Assembly (NCBI RefSeq): GCF_028641065.1
Contig: NC_073378.1
Span: forward strand, 83,886,001 to 83,950,000
Source: Leucoraja erinacea
Lineage: Eukaryota
Length of the DNA: 64,000 nucleotides
Direction of reading: 5' to 3'
The notes beneath the pieces are model-generated. The model did no database searches and was not told the DNA's origin. It saw only the letters and a list, made by a program, of their open reading frames with translations. Both the position numbers and the translations under genes were made by a program. How positions within the stretch are numbered: position 1 is the stretch's first letter; every line of letters starts with the position of its first letter. This document shows positions 12,801 to 26,791 of this stretch, piece after piece.

Positions 12801-14194
12801 CTTAAATCCTTTTATTTGAATTTGGAGATAATTAAAGGAATGCCCTTTTCAGGCAAAGCCTAACTTTTTACCCAACAAATCCTAACAAGTTTCTTAAGAT
12901 CAGTTTTGTTGGTATTGCAGAAGGTTGTTCCGTGACGATTCTTTGCAGGAAATCCTCGATAAGGTAAGTTGGGTCGTCTGTGTCTCATGGTGTGAAAGAC
13001 CTCCATCCGGAGCCTGTAGGCTGAACTACTTGGAGCAGAAGAATATCAGTTTATAATGAATTAAAACTAAGGCCTGGAGTTTAAATCGATCTATGAGAAG
13101 CGAGCACTCCACATTTTCGACCAAAACAAGCAGGGAAGCCCCAGAGCGGTTAAGCTTCTATGCGACTCTTCCTTTTCAGGGCGTGCTTTTTAGAGCGCTA
13201 TTGTATTGGACTTGCTTAACACCCACACGTTACACCAAGCTACTTATGGGAACTAGAAAAGGTTTGTATTTACCTGACAAAGACAAAGCAGTCACGGAAA
13301 GCTAAGGTGATGTTAGTCAGTGCAGCACAGGGTGAGGGGTGGACTTGACAAGGATGTGATGGTACTGATTTTTCCACCATTTGTATCGTAAACCGTGCCC
13401 GTGGGGACCCTAATGCAAAATGTATGTTTAGATGCTTTAGGGCAATTGGATAACTCACATACATTTCTTGGCGTAAAAATAGTACAAATACTTTCAAGGC
13501 GAAACTTGTTTATTATTCACTGGGAACCTCTGAGGATGATTGAGCAACTGCATTAAATGGATAGAATTGAAACTCGGGAGTAAAGGTTTATTCTTTAAGC
13601 TATTCATTGGTACACCATTCACTGAAAGTTTAGGAGCATAACTTATCTATGGAAATATATTAGTACGCCTATCATTTTTCTGCGAGTGGAATTGTTAAAA
13701 TACCTTTAATGCAAGAATTCGTAATTAATATATTTCTATTCTACGCAAGTAAATTAATTAATTTAAAATTGTTTGTAAAACGCTGCTTCCCTTTGTAAAT
13801 GATATCCTGCACAAATAACCTTTATTATGTTGTTTATACTTTCTTAACATCCTTCCACTCCTACTATCTTGCTATTTCTTATTTCGAAAACACATTATTT
13901 AAATATACATTCTAATTTAATTTACACACCGTGGATACTCTTAAAGGTCTATTCTCGTCAGTGGATATTATCTAAGGCCAAGATGGCTCTGAATGACACA
14001 CTCTGAACTTTTTTTGGAAAAACTCGCGTATAATTTAAGTTTTCTGGTGAACGGATAAGAAAACCCGGTGATAGATTGATTAAAATTATGATCGTTATAG
14101 TTTTTTAAATGAAGTGCGTTGACTAATCTATTTTACTTTTAAACTCAGTAAACTTTTCAATGATTGCATATTCTCAAGATTCATAGTTCCAACC

Positions 14195-14794
14195 NNNNNN
14201 NNNNNNNNNNNNNNNNNNNNNNNNNNNNNNNNNNNNNNNNNNNNNNNNNNNNNNNNNNNNNNNNNNNNNNNNNNNNNNNNNNNNNNNNNNNNNNNNNNNN
14301 NNNNNNNNNNNNNNNNNNNNNNNNNNNNNNNNNNNNNNNNNNNNNNNNNNNNNNNNNNNNNNNNNNNNNNNNNNNNNNNNNNNNNNNNNNNNNNNNNNNN
14401 NNNNNNNNNNNNNNNNNNNNNNNNNNNNNNNNNNNNNNNNNNNNNNNNNNNNNNNNNNNNNNNNNNNNNNNNNNNNNNNNNNNNNNNNNNNNNNNNNNNN
14501 NNNNNNNNNNNNNNNNNNNNNNNNNNNNNNNNNNNNNNNNNNNNNNNNNNNNNNNNNNNNNNNNNNNNNNNNNNNNNNNNNNNNNNNNNNNNNNNNNNNN
14601 NNNNNNNNNNNNNNNNNNNNNNNNNNNNNNNNNNNNNNNNNNNNNNNNNNNNNNNNNNNNNNNNNNNNNNNNNNNNNNNNNNNNNNNNNNNNNNNNNNNN
14701 NNNNNNNNNNNNNNNNNNNNNNNNNNNNNNNNNNNNNNNNNNNNNNNNNNNNNNNNNNNNNNNNNNNNNNNNNNNNNNNNNNNNNNNNNNNNNN
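14195..14794. other. Assembly gap (N run)
   Basis: 600 N. Confidence 1.
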
Positions 14795-17700
14795 ATCTTT
14801 GGAGAAGGAAACTTCTGATATTTGGACATGGACATGGTGGCATATTCGCCCCCGGAAAAGTTAAAGCAATGCACTGGACAGAAGGAACCATCCAAGCACT
14901 GACTCCCCTTAAAGCCCAAGGCATTTTGTCAGATTTTCCTTTCCAGAGTCAGATTGTTTATCCATTTTAGGATTGTCCGAAACGACTTCTAAAAATATAT
15001 AATTCGGCCATAAATATTCGAGAACGTAACTTTTATCAACACTGGCATTATAAAGAAAGGAGAATACGAATAAAGGGGCCTTCGGGCTTGACGATAAGCA
15101 ATGACTTCCCTTTCCTTAGGTCAAGTTTTGAGCCATCAATTACTAACTAGACTGGAATTTATCCTCTGTGCAGATAGACAGAGCTACAAAGAAGTCGTAT
15201 AGCTTACCTGACAATTCAGCCAAATCAAATCCAGCCTCAAAGGACAGATAAAGACTGCTGTGAAATTGATAATGTGCTTTACAGGGGGAAAGTTTCAACT
15301 GTAGATTCTACATTTTCCAAATTATCCGGCTGTTTTCAATATATTGCTGTGTATTTGCTCCAGGCACATTTCCTTTCTGCAGACCTCTCTCAAACCAGAA
15401 AGGCAAGAGAATGAAGTTACTCCACAAATACTGATTCGGTGCCCTCACACTGCTGAACTGTTTCCCTTATACGTTTCTGCAGCCGTCTGGGGTACTCGTT
15501 TTCTGTGAGATCTATGTATTAGAGAAGGCGAGAAAAAAACGACCAGCAAACAAGCAGGGCCAAGCCGACAGGAAAAAAAACCTATGGAATCCGTTCACGT
15601 GACTTAAAAATAATTGTTTGCAGAATCTGGATTAAATCTGATTATTAACCGCATACAATAAAGTTTTTGTGGCTCATTGTTAGGTTAGCATGCTTGCAAA
15701 CTGGCATTACATTATGAAACAGTTGATTTAGAAACAGCTGCACCAGTCTTGAGGAGAGCTAAGTCCCAATGTATTAGCAAGGTAAGGCCGAAGCCGTGCA
15801 ACATACATAGTGAATAGGGTTTGCACATTAAACACCAAACACCGCCACACGTTTATGGAAGATAGGTTAAGTTTTTGTTTAAAAAGACAACCATTTAGAC
15901 ATTAGTAACTAACATATGTAAAACTTCACAGAAAATAATTTATTGCAGTGAAATCGCATAAATAGGTTTTCCGTTCACTTCGCCCAAGAGCGAATAAAAT
16001 AAATTATTTTGGACGAAAATATTAGACCTCACAACAGTAAATTAACAGGGATTTCACGAACATTTTCCAGACGTTTATCTTCATAACATTGCGTGATGGT
16101 TGAATAATTTATAAAAAGCCAAAAAACGAGGTCCAAATAAAACATCAATGTTTGGTTATATTTAATTGATGTAAACTTTGAAAGGAAGTATTCTAAAAAT
16201 AAGGAGCTAAGGATCAGTAAAATCTTAGCTGCTTTCAGTTTACGAGTGGCATATAAGAAACTAATTTCTGCATGCGGGTGCAATTGACAAACCCATCACA
16301 ACAAAGCATTAAGGCCGAGTAATTTATTGCACTCCTCATTCCACGCCATAAAACTACTCCAGTTATCAAACGACAGTTTAAACTAACCAGAACATTTGTG
16401 CTTTCGTATCACTTGTAAACAAGCTGGCAATACTATTTATTCGATTTACTGCGGACGCAATATTGCCAATAACGCGATAGCTTTGAAGGAGTAAGCGGAC
16501 AGACTGAAGACGCCTTTGCCGTTCTTTCCCAAATCAAATCCTTTCTTGTGGCTTCTTCTTACTGGCAGCCTCTTTTTAAAACAAGAACTTAAGCGTGATT
16601 TCCCATGTTACGTGCTGCTGAACATTTTATACTATTTATTGGATTTTCAATGTTCTATCTCGAGATGGCCGACAATGAATATTTCTCTTTAAACTTTGTT
16701 TTCTTTTGCCCGTGATAAAACTGCAAATCAAATCGGAAATGCAGCGAATGGAGATATTTACATGAAATAGAGAGATGAGGGAAACGGAAATAGGCGGTGG
16801 TTTTTTGATTTCCTTGTGAGTCGGGTAATAATTAAACAAAGAAACATGGTAGTGTTTTCAAACCCTTTCACTCTATTTTGTTGATTATAGCTGAGGAATC
16901 GCGTGTTAGCTTCAATAAATTACTACGTGGGATAAAACTTGCCTGCTAACTTTATAAACATAGACAGTAGGGAGGTTTACATTGGAGTAACATTGGCACC
17001 ATATACAAATAAAGAGGTAAGTGCACAAAGCACTCTCATTTTATGAATCTTCTCGACAACAAATTAGCATTTAAAGGAACATAACTCCCTTGCTCAATTG
17101 TAGTGAGAGTACCCTTCCCTACCAATGAATATGATGGACGCATAAGCGATATTTAATAATACTTAAAAGTTGTTTTCCTCGAAATAACCAGAGTTATTGT
17201 GGTCTTGATTTTACTCTCGATTTTTAAAAATAAATCAAGTTCTATGTTTGTGGCTCTTGTGAATTCTTTGAGGTTGCTGTGAACGCCAAACAAAGGAAGT
17301 ACCCAAGGCTTTTGTTCCCTCAACTAACCACCAAACTGACACTCTCAAATGGCTCCATGACTACCTTTTGCGACTGGGTAATACATTTTAACATGGATGG
17401 AATCAGCTCTGTGGAGAGCACACAACCTCTCATCTTATAACGGAGTTGGAAAAATAAATGACATTTTCATTTAGTGTCCACTGATTCCGATGAACTGTAG
17501 CACCAAACCACCTGTTACACTAAAACAAAATGAGTCTACCTGAAAGTAGACATGAAATTTCAAATACAATTAATTCTTTTTTTTTAACCTCTTAACTTCG
17601 AGCTCTAGACTTTCTCAATGCTCATTGGGGTTATTCTGAAGTTGCTTCTTGGATCGAGAGATAAAGATCTGAAAGAAGCTTTTATTGTTAAATTATACTA

Positions 17701-18741
17701 TCGTGCATTAGTTGCCACATAGTAACTCATAATGTCGTCGCGCTGTTCTAATTTTAGGAGGTGGATCCAATTACAAAAGTGTTTTATTGGAATGCCAGCC
17801 CGGAAGTTCAAGCATTGTACCAGCCGGTGTACTGTTGCAATTGTCTTGTTTTGATTGATCATAACGAATAGTAGTAATAATAAAATGTACTTGACTGGAG
17901 CGATAAGACATTTAATTAAGTGCTATGTACTTTTACTAATTATCTTTTATTGTAAATATTAGGAGCAGTACTTAATTATGAGCATAAGCAAATGCTCGTT
18001 TTATGAATGTTCTTTCGCCAGGTAACAACATAAACACTAGAAAAATGGTGAAAATAAGTTTTTTTTTCGCGATAACAATTACGTCCATATGAGTTCTGAG
18101 TTTATTCCAATACAGGTGGCACTCAATGAATAAAATATTTGAGCAATATGTAGGACTGAAAATATATCGACAAATATAATGAAGACAGGTGTTTCTGTGT
18201 AACTCTTTAGTCTTATGTGTATTGTCCGGTTCATAGTTACTAGATACAAATCAAGTATAGTCAAAATAAGTGCTGCAGTTTGTTTAGAATTACATATGTT
18301 AGTGCATTTACAGGAGTACCATAACTCTGTCGTTTATTGTAAATCGCTCAAATTAATGAATCATAGAGGAATTTAGCTGATGCCTCTTCATTTCCAAACG
18401 CTCCTGCCTACAGTTGCCTTTCAGCCCTGCGCATGTAAGAGATGGTGATTTATTAACGACAGGGAAATTGAACAAAGCAGCACAGCTACACCGTGGTATC
18501 CAGGCATACATACTGTGAACTAGAACATCATCATATGTGTTTGTATTTGTTGCAATTAATCATGAAAAAATCTAAAATATTACTGACACGCGAGAGACTG
18601 ACTAAACACCATCACAGACATGCCGTGATTTAAATCTGAATACTAAAGGGCGCTATTCATCACATTTATGACAGTTTAAAGAAATAAAAAAATCTTAAAA
18701 CATAAGCAAAATAAAAAACAAATCACAAAGACACTACTTAC

Positions 18742-18917
18742 CACAATTCTGAGCTGATCTGTGCCACTTCACTTTCTCAGACAGATCTTCCAATTATAGA
18801 CTTATTTTTTAAGGAAAGTTCATTTTCACATCAGACTGAAACAGATCTAGTGCGAATACTGACGACTACATATCTATTCCGGACCGGCTGCATTAATTAT
18901 TTAATGAGTCACGTGAC
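18742..18917 (-). promoter_or_regulatory. Candidate distal HoxA3 promoter and first non-coding exon
   Basis: GTCACGTGAC at 18908-18917 next to clustered TAAT motifs, followed on the minus strand by donor GTG|GTAAGT at 18742/18741. Confidence 0.5.
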
Positions 18918-20242
18918 AAGAGAGATTAAAATTTCAATACATACACGGAGGAGACGCGTGACCCTTTATCTTGGAGTGTGGTGTTTTTTTTTCTCTTTGC
19001 GTCCTTCTTACTTGAATCTTTATTGTTCGGGTTTTCTTTTAGTCTTTGGATACTCGCTGGTAAGTGATAATGCAAAAATGACTGGCCTGTGCTGATCCCA
19101 GATTTGACAGGTCCGCCATTGATGTCACCTACATTTTGAGCTGCCTCGGTCCAACATTCTTGGGCATTTCTTCAAACTGTCTTTATTGTCCACCTGACAG
19201 TTTGATATTGAAGCTCAGTGTTACAGTACCCCGCATACATAACCGTCACACGGAAGGCTAACTCTTTCATATGTGACTTTACACCCCCCATAAGGCTGTT
19301 AAATTTGACACCGAATCGACCCTCACTAGCCGCAGTCGATATTTTATTATACCACCCAAATGTGTATTAGGTTTTATTGTGTCTGTAGGTCTACAAACGC
19401 CTAGCATTATCATAGTGCATAAGACTAGTTATTTTAAGTGTGACAGGGAACATTATGCTGTTAAAAATAGTCGATGATCCCAATAAAATTAACGATTTGT
19501 GGCAATTCTGCTTCCTATATCAGTTTAGCTTTACTCAAATCATATTATTGTCAAATGTTGTGCATTTGGCGATTATGCACTTCCACATATTTCGAATGAA
19601 GAAATGTTTTGGAATAATTTTAATCAATTACCAACAACTCTCTAAAATGTCAGCTGCAAAATGTGTGCAAATATGGTATCAAGAAAGTAAGAAAGTTAGC
19701 AGAAAAACATGTTTCAGTTATTCTCTTCAATAATCAGAACAATGCAGTGCCCCGTGGGTGAATTATCTCTCATTACTCGTGAAGGATGGAATCCACCCTC
19801 TTAAGTCATTAACTACAAAAATGTTCCACACTAAACCATTCAAAACAAGCATAGTTTCTCATCACGTGCCATCTTCCGAGCTTGTACATAAATCATGGAC
19901 GATTTTTCTATACGCAAGCACACACTGCACATTTAAAAAAGTTAAGACATATGCAGTTTATCGATGTGCGTGTGTATGTATGTGAGTGCATATGTGTCTG
20001 TGAGAGAATGTGCAGGAGTACGGCCGGTTGTGTGTAATATTCAATATCGCTGCCACCTAAATGTAGTTTTAATACATATTGCTTACATTTTTGACATTTT
20101 AACTTGGATAACGAGCTGTATTATTTTGGCTCCTACCTATAGGCATAGGAAATAGTGGAAAGAGCATTGTCCATCTCTTAAAGGTCAAGGGTTTGAGGGG
20201 GTCAGTCTGCAACGCTAAAAACGGCTAATCGGTCAGAAAAGT

Positions 20243-20259
20243 TGTCCTCTGGGTGAACT
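20243..20259 (-). promoter_or_regulatory. DR5 RARE 3' of HoxA4
   Basis: Minus strand reads AGTTCA-cccag-AGGACA, the form typical of the PG4 3' neural-enhancer RAREs. About 2.5 kb downstream of the HoxA4 stop. Confidence 0.8.
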
Positions 20260-20534
20260 CACTCTGGTTGCCCAGCCGTTGACAAACAATGCAACGTTTT
20301 ATTACAAAAGACCGTTCCTTGTACAATAAAGCAAAAACATCAAAAGAAAAAGATGCAAACGGGGTTTCGTGTGCTCGTTGCAACAAAAGTTTGGTCATGT
20401 AAAGGACAGGGTATTATCAACTTACGCTATCCAAAACTATTTTTACGTTGAAAATTATTGCTCGCCTTTGAAAACATGCGTTTTATAATATCCTCTTGTA
20501 ATAAAACGTTGCCCAGCTAAAGCACAACTGCGGC

Positions 20535-20547
20535 GGGGGGGGGGGGT

Positions 20548-20581
<34 letters not shown>
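20535..20581 (+). repeat. Poly-G tract (about 46 G, one T interruption)
   Basis: Read directly from the sequence. Confidence 0.9.
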
Positions 20582-20582
<1 letters not shown>

Positions 20583-22796
20583 TTCATGGTGTGTGCCGAG
20601 ATGGCCACATTTTATTCAAGAGATCCAATGTGTTCATACACTCTTCTAAAAGATCACCCTTCAGACTTGCTGTTGAAGTATACAAAGAAGTATTTATTGA
20701 ATGAAGTGATTAATGATTCTGGGTAAAATCTGTTATTTTCAATCTGTTTAAAATTCCTTTTTACAGATAAGCAAGCACAGTTGTCTAAAGACTGAAGTTT
20801 CTCATCGCCTTTTCTGTGCCTTTTTATATTCGTTTGTCGTGGTCGCAAACCTCATACAAGCCATATTTTATAACGTGTATGTTTAATGTAAACGTTGTTT
20901 ATTTGTAATTCCTTAAACGCAAAGTATCTTCACAGATTACGGTTATATGTACAGGTTTAAAAAGAAAGTGAAGTGTCGAGTCGAGTTTATTTTTTTTCCT
21001 CGCAAAGGTTCTGATTCCTTGCAGGAAATATTTGCATAACTACAGAGTATTTCAGTTTCTAGACAAAATAATTTTGGGAAGAAATTACTGCATCATGCTT
21101 AATTACATTTCCCTCACCACTCATGGGGTGGATTGAGTATATTGAGATCATTAGTTCTTATTATCTGCAGAATTTGCAGAGAAAAATAAAAGCATGGAAT
21201 TAATCTTTCCAGCGTGAATTTTAAACAATTGCTACTCAAAGCCATGTATCAAAATCGACATCAGGATGTTGAAGAATGCATCATTTGTTTCACAAAAATA
21301 CTGCGGTTAGCCTGCTTTTCAGGAGCCATGATATCTGTGGGTTTCTTTCAAGCAGATAATATAATGGGACAGATTAGATTATCATAACGTTAGAAATCGT
21401 CAACTAGGACTTTATATTTACATAATTGTTGCTTAATTATTTAGCCCCTTTCAACAAGATGAACAAAATTGTGTCCCAGCAAATATTCGCGTATTTACCC
21501 TGGCAATTTAAGTTTCCCGGTCCCAGAGAATGAGTGTTGATGTAAGCATTGATATCGCATTTTAAACGTAACATGTCTCAGGCCCATGGATGCAAAGTCC
21601 ATCTAAAACTAATTTCACGTGATTACAGTCTCATTCAGGATCAGAAATACAACAATTAGGGTTATAAAAGGACATTCGCCACCGTGTAGATGACTTATTA
21701 TTTGATCGCTTCACATTTTACTGCATTATTTACGACCTAGTGACGTAGAACTTGATGTGCAGAGGCTGTAGAAAGATGAATTATAGATCTGGACTATAAT
21801 TTATCCCCTTTCGCTGAGTTATTCTTCCGAATCACACCCTGTTTTTCCTTTTTTTTAAATCCGCATTGCTAGGGTAGGAATGTGACCATTTTTTTTGTTA
21901 ATCAATGAAATGTATGGTCATGTTTTAGTGTAGAAGGAAATGTTAGTTTTTGTGTGTTTATTCCATCCTGACTGCAAGTAAATTGCACACGTAAGAACTG
22001 AGATGGTCCACGAATTAACATTTTATTTAAAGCCTTGGGCTTTGTTTTTACACAGTAAATGGTGTCTTCAATTTTAGCAACATTTTGGCACTGCACATAG
22101 CACACTGAAATATCCACAGAAAATACATAAATCTTACCAATGATTTGTACAGTTTCGTCACATTTGGACTGTACCAAAACTGTTAAATATACAACAACTC
22201 GTCTGAAATCTCTGAATAAGCTCTTTTCACATTCGTACACTGATATCAGTACCACAACTATATAGAGGATACAGATTTAAAATAAAGAAAACACCTTAAA
22301 TAACGCTGGCGACATAATTTATTTCCTATATATGTAGCATCTGAACAGTTTATTCGCTCTAAAAAAACATTTCCACATCCACAAATATTGCTGCCTTTCT
22401 CATTTTCTACAAACATGTTTATCCTTATATTCTCACAAATATTTCAACAGACTACACTAGTTGAAATGATGACGCTTACAGTTCTTCACAATATCTATTA
22501 TTCACGGTCCTTTGCTCTTTTTTGCATTGAATATCATGGTAGAAGCCATTTTGACAGAACTTCGCATGTGGGGGTAATGAAGGATACTGAATGTACCCAA
22601 TCAAACAGAAAACATTTTAAAAGTCTGCTGAGAATGGGTTAACACAATATAAATGCTTGACCTCATGAGGTTAGTAGCATATCTCATGGAAGAAAATTTT
22701 CCTTGCAAGAAATCCTTCCCCATTCAAGTCAATTATGTGGCAAACACATTTTGGTCCAAACTATGTTGTGGGAGAGGGGTTGGAGACGCGAAGCAG

Positions 22797-23122
22797 CTAT
22801 AGGCTTGATGAATTTGGTGCTGAACCATCTGGCTGTGGGCCCTGGGAGGATACTTGTGTTTGCTGGCTTGCAGAAGATGATGAGCTAGCAGAACGCATCT
22901 TAGTGTTAGGCAGTTTGTGATCTTTCTTCCATTTCATCCTTCTGTTCTGAAACCAGATCTTCACCTGGCGTTCAGACAGGCAAAGAGTGTGTGCAATCTC
23001 AATGCGTCGACGCCTGGTTAGGTAACGGTTAAAATGGAACTCCTTCTCCAGCTCTAATACTTGTTGTCTCGTGTAAGCAGTTCGAGACCGTTTGGGCTCT
23101 CCTCCAGTGTAATTGGGGTTCA
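22797..23122 (-). CDS. hoxa4: HoxA4 exon 2 (homeodomain); spliced protein 247 aa
   Basis: Acceptor TTTTTGTTCAG| at 23123/23122. Encodes [75 protein letters not shown]. Confidence 0.97.
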
Positions 23123-23336
23123 CTGAACAAAAAAAAGTAACCAAACATAAATACAGAGACAAGCACGAATCTGACAATGGGTTTAAATGTACGTGAAGGA
23201 AGGTTATAAAAGTCAGAGTTTTTTGTCAAGTGTTCTGACAACGGAGAACAATCTACTGCAATAAAATGGCTCTGGGTATTTAGGTTAGAAAAGCATCAAA
23301 GACACATGGCCAGAAGCGGGATCCAGGGCAATCAAA

Positions 23337-23385
23337 TTTATGGGCTCTGTAATTACCGACCTAACTGTTAGGTGATCGTAAATCT
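23337..23385. promoter_or_regulatory. HB1-type homeodomain-site cluster in the HoxA4 intron
   Basis: TTTATGGgctctgTAATTA at 23337-23355 and TCGTAAA at 23376-23382. PG4 introns are known to carry this element. Confidence 0.65.
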
Positions 23386-23469
23386 CATGAAAGGGCTAGT
23401 TACAGAAAGGGTTCCGCACATCCGATTTCAAGTGAATTTTAATTGTTTCAGTTAGCTTTAGTTACTTAC

Positions 23470-23887
23470 CGTTGGTAACGTGAATTTTCTTCATCCACGG
23501 ATAAACTATGGGCTCTTTGCTGAGAGTACCCTTCTGTACAGTGGCATTTTTCGCGTTTTGGCTACACAAAGCTGGTGTGGCTACTGGGACCACTTCACAA
23601 AGCTGATTCTGTCTCGGTATGTGATTTTGGACGCTAGCCTGCGACTGGATATGACCTCTTTGCGACATGTCTTGGTTGCCAGTGCCTTGGACATTGTTGA
23701 AGCTGTAGGTCGGCTCTGGGTAGTTTGATTGTGGGTATAGTGCCTCATGATGGAATCCAGTGTCCCGCGGCCGCTCGTAGTATTCAGGAGATTGGCTTGG
23801 TATGTAGTTATTTTGAGAATATTCCTCACAAGGTGGAAATTTTGGCTCAACGTAGTTGGAGTTTATCAAAAACGAACTCATGGTCAT
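23470..23887 (-). CDS. hoxa4: HoxA4 exon 1
   Basis: MTMSSFLINSNYVEPKFPPCEEYSQ (PG4 N-terminus) and VYPWMKKIHV. Donor ACG|GTAAGT at 23470/23469. 418 nt, phase 1. Confidence 0.96.
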
Positions 23888-23939
23888 TAATTTCTGAAGT
23901 GCAAAATACTAATTTTTCTCGCGTTGTCGTTTTTCTGTT

Positions 23940-24006
23940 CCATAAAACCCTCCTACTTGCTGTCAAGTGTATAAAGTTAGCTGTTCATGTGATGTCGGCA
24001 GCCAAT
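23940..24006 (-). promoter_or_regulatory. HoxA4 proximal promoter motifs
   Basis: CCATAAAACCCTCC block, E-box variant CATGTG at 23986-23991 and CCAAT at 24002-24006. Confidence 0.6.
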
Positions 24007-26791
24007 GGGAAGAGTGGCTGTGGGTCCCGGATAAGGAAATACACCAATGATAAATGCATGGAGTCCAGTGAAAAAATCCATATTATCATTCAAAATCTCG
24101 TTTCCCTGAAATTACATTGCCGCATAAAAAGAAAAAAAGAACTGAAATAGTCAGGAAAAGAAGTACTTGTAAAATAACTTAAAATAAACAATGATGTTGC
24201 GATATTTTATCGAAACAGATATTTGTAAAATATGTTGTGACGCGGAAAATATCACAAGATAACATCTACAGCGGTCTGATAATGTCTGGAATAGTTCATT
24301 CTTTTCCGAAAATGCGGCGATATAAACAATTTTCGCCCATTTATCGGCGGGACATTAAGGGGATTTGAGAATCAATAATGCCATTAAAGGCATTCTGAGA
24401 TTCAGTCCTTGAAAGAAGAATTCCCATAAAATCCTGAAAATAGTATACTTATTATAATAACACATGAGGCTTTTCGAGTATCATAATGCAGAACCTATTG
24501 TAAAATTACATTAACTAAATGTTCGATAACCCTAGCGAACGTCGGAAGATGTTGTTATGTTTACTTAATGCATATTACAAAACGTTATGTAATCAATTGG
24601 TATTCCTACATGGCATAATAAAATTTGTTAAAACAAACTGTCAGTTTAATGTTCGATTGCTTTTTAAAGAAAAATGATTTAATTGTGTTGCGTGGAATAA
24701 AAATGACATGAAACGAACATTGTTATTGGAAATGCCCAGTAAACGTGGATAGTGATTGCATTACTTTTATATATATTTTAAAAAAGGGAATGCATTCAGC
24801 ACAACTGTTCAGTAAAGCAATGAATTTGAATGAATCTTTATTGCAGGGAATTTAGTAAACTTTATCAATTTTGAACATTTGAATTTTGAAATAAAGTTGC
24901 TTTTTTTTAATCACCCTGTTTAGCTAATAGCTAAAAAAACTGAATACCAGGTGATTCTATCATTTCATGTCACGTCTGCATGAAAACAAAATGCAAACAA
25001 AATGCTATTTTAATATTTGTTACCTGTTATAGAATTGGATTAAAACACCAGTAATATCTGATAACACTTTCTAATGTTTACTTCCTTTTTTTTAAAGGCA
25101 GTAATAACTTGCGCAAAATTGTACGAACTAATTAACTTTTTGGATTGGTTAACCTGATTAAAATCCTACCATGCTTATATTCGAATTCAGTTCTATCCCA
25201 AATAAACACAATAAGTAGTTGCCATAACAGAAAAGTGCCAAGTTGGTGCATTGCGCGTTACAGTTCCAAAGTAATCATATGAAATATGCTTTCTGGACTG
25301 TAATAAAAGTGATTCATAACATTCGTTCTTGTCAATAAAGGAAGCGTTAAACTCTCAATTTTATGTGTTGGACGATACACTGCATCCAGACACATTAGGG
25401 CACATTTGATGAGAGAGAATATTTTCCAACCACTGGAACACGTAGTTAGTAGAGTACATTTACCAACCCACCCTGTTTTGCAGCGCAGTGTAATCGTCCA
25501 TTAGAACGCGTTCAATTAAACACCAAGCTGTAAAATCAATTGACTCTCGGTGTAATTAATACATGCTTATTTTCACTGCTCACTATTCAAAGAAGCTATG
25601 TGTGGGACAATTTAAATAGGATCATTAATATTTTGGGCGATTTTATTTTACATACCACTAGAATAACTTAATTAAATGTGTCTATTTCAACAGTGTATAA
25701 TATTGTTTGAACATTTTACGAAATAAATTTGTCGAAATTATGTTCATAAAATCTTAGATTCTGCCAAACAAACCCTTTATTCTGACAAACTTCCTAAAAT
25801 AATTGTGCCCACCCCTCATCTTCTCTTAGGCAGACTTAGGGTGCATCGCTGTGCACCGACCAAGTAACTTGCCAGTAAATAAAGCAGTCCTGTAATTAGC
25901 TTGGGCCATGTCTATATTTACGCTCTTTGTCGAAAAATAGGGAATTAGAGGCTCATCGTATAAACACAGAACGTTTCTGAAGACGTCCAAATGCAGGTCA
26001 GTCGCCAGAGCATTTTTTCATAATAAACAGAGATGGAGCCAAGACCCCCAAGTGTTACATCGCCTGCTTGCACGTTTGACATTTTTACTGCAAGCCTAGA
26101 TTTACAGCCATTTTAAAAAGAAAGGAAAAGTTAACGCTTTTTACGACATTTCCAAATCATGGGCATTTTAAGAACTTGCATCAAATTTTAATTTTATAAA
26201 GAGTCGTGGTGAAGAAATCCGTTTCACATTAAAGAGAATCCAAGTTCTGAGGTACTGAATTGAAGATTTGTTTCGCGGTTTAATAAATCAGAAATTACAC
26301 TTTACCAGCCTTAACTCTTCCGAACAGCAAATCAGTAGTTTAGTTGATTAAGGGTGTAATTTTTTCTTCATTGACCGTCCGAATCCATCTGCACTGCTCG
26401 GGGTTTATCAAATAGATTGTACCATGCCCAAATGTACTTGTTTCCCATCTCTATCTGGGACATATGGTCAAAACAGCCGGAGTCCGAGTCAAAAACAAAA
26501 TCAAACAAATAAAATTGTACATTTCGAAGATACATCTTCGAGCAAGCTTGCACCGCATCCCACAGAGCTGCACAACTGTGCATTTATTGGACTTCGACCC
26601 GGGAAACAAAACAAAAGGTTTTATTCAATGAAATGGGATTTCGTAAGGGGTACGCGAAGCTAAGTTTGGAAGTGACCGAAAAGTGACACCGTGTGCATTT
26701 TGTTTCTTATTAATCTTATACATTGACAGTCTTTGTTAAGTAACAAGGCGTGCCATTCGTGAGGCGACATTTTCATATTTGTTAGACGCGG

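Noticed and set aside
14128-14970. Long ORFs spanning N runs (also 31499-32248, 36905-37317, 51858-52417)
   Set aside because: Artefacts of ambiguous bases read as open frame.
18640-18654. CTCF-like ATACTAAAGGGCGCT
   Set aside because: Three mismatches including core positions; too weak without a PWM score.
23480-24150. Antisense and alternative-frame ORFs over Hox exons (also 2636, 4899, 36520, 36605, 47619, 56989, 58101, 58153)
   Set aside because: Shadow ORFs from codon bias of the real genes; no recognisable domains.
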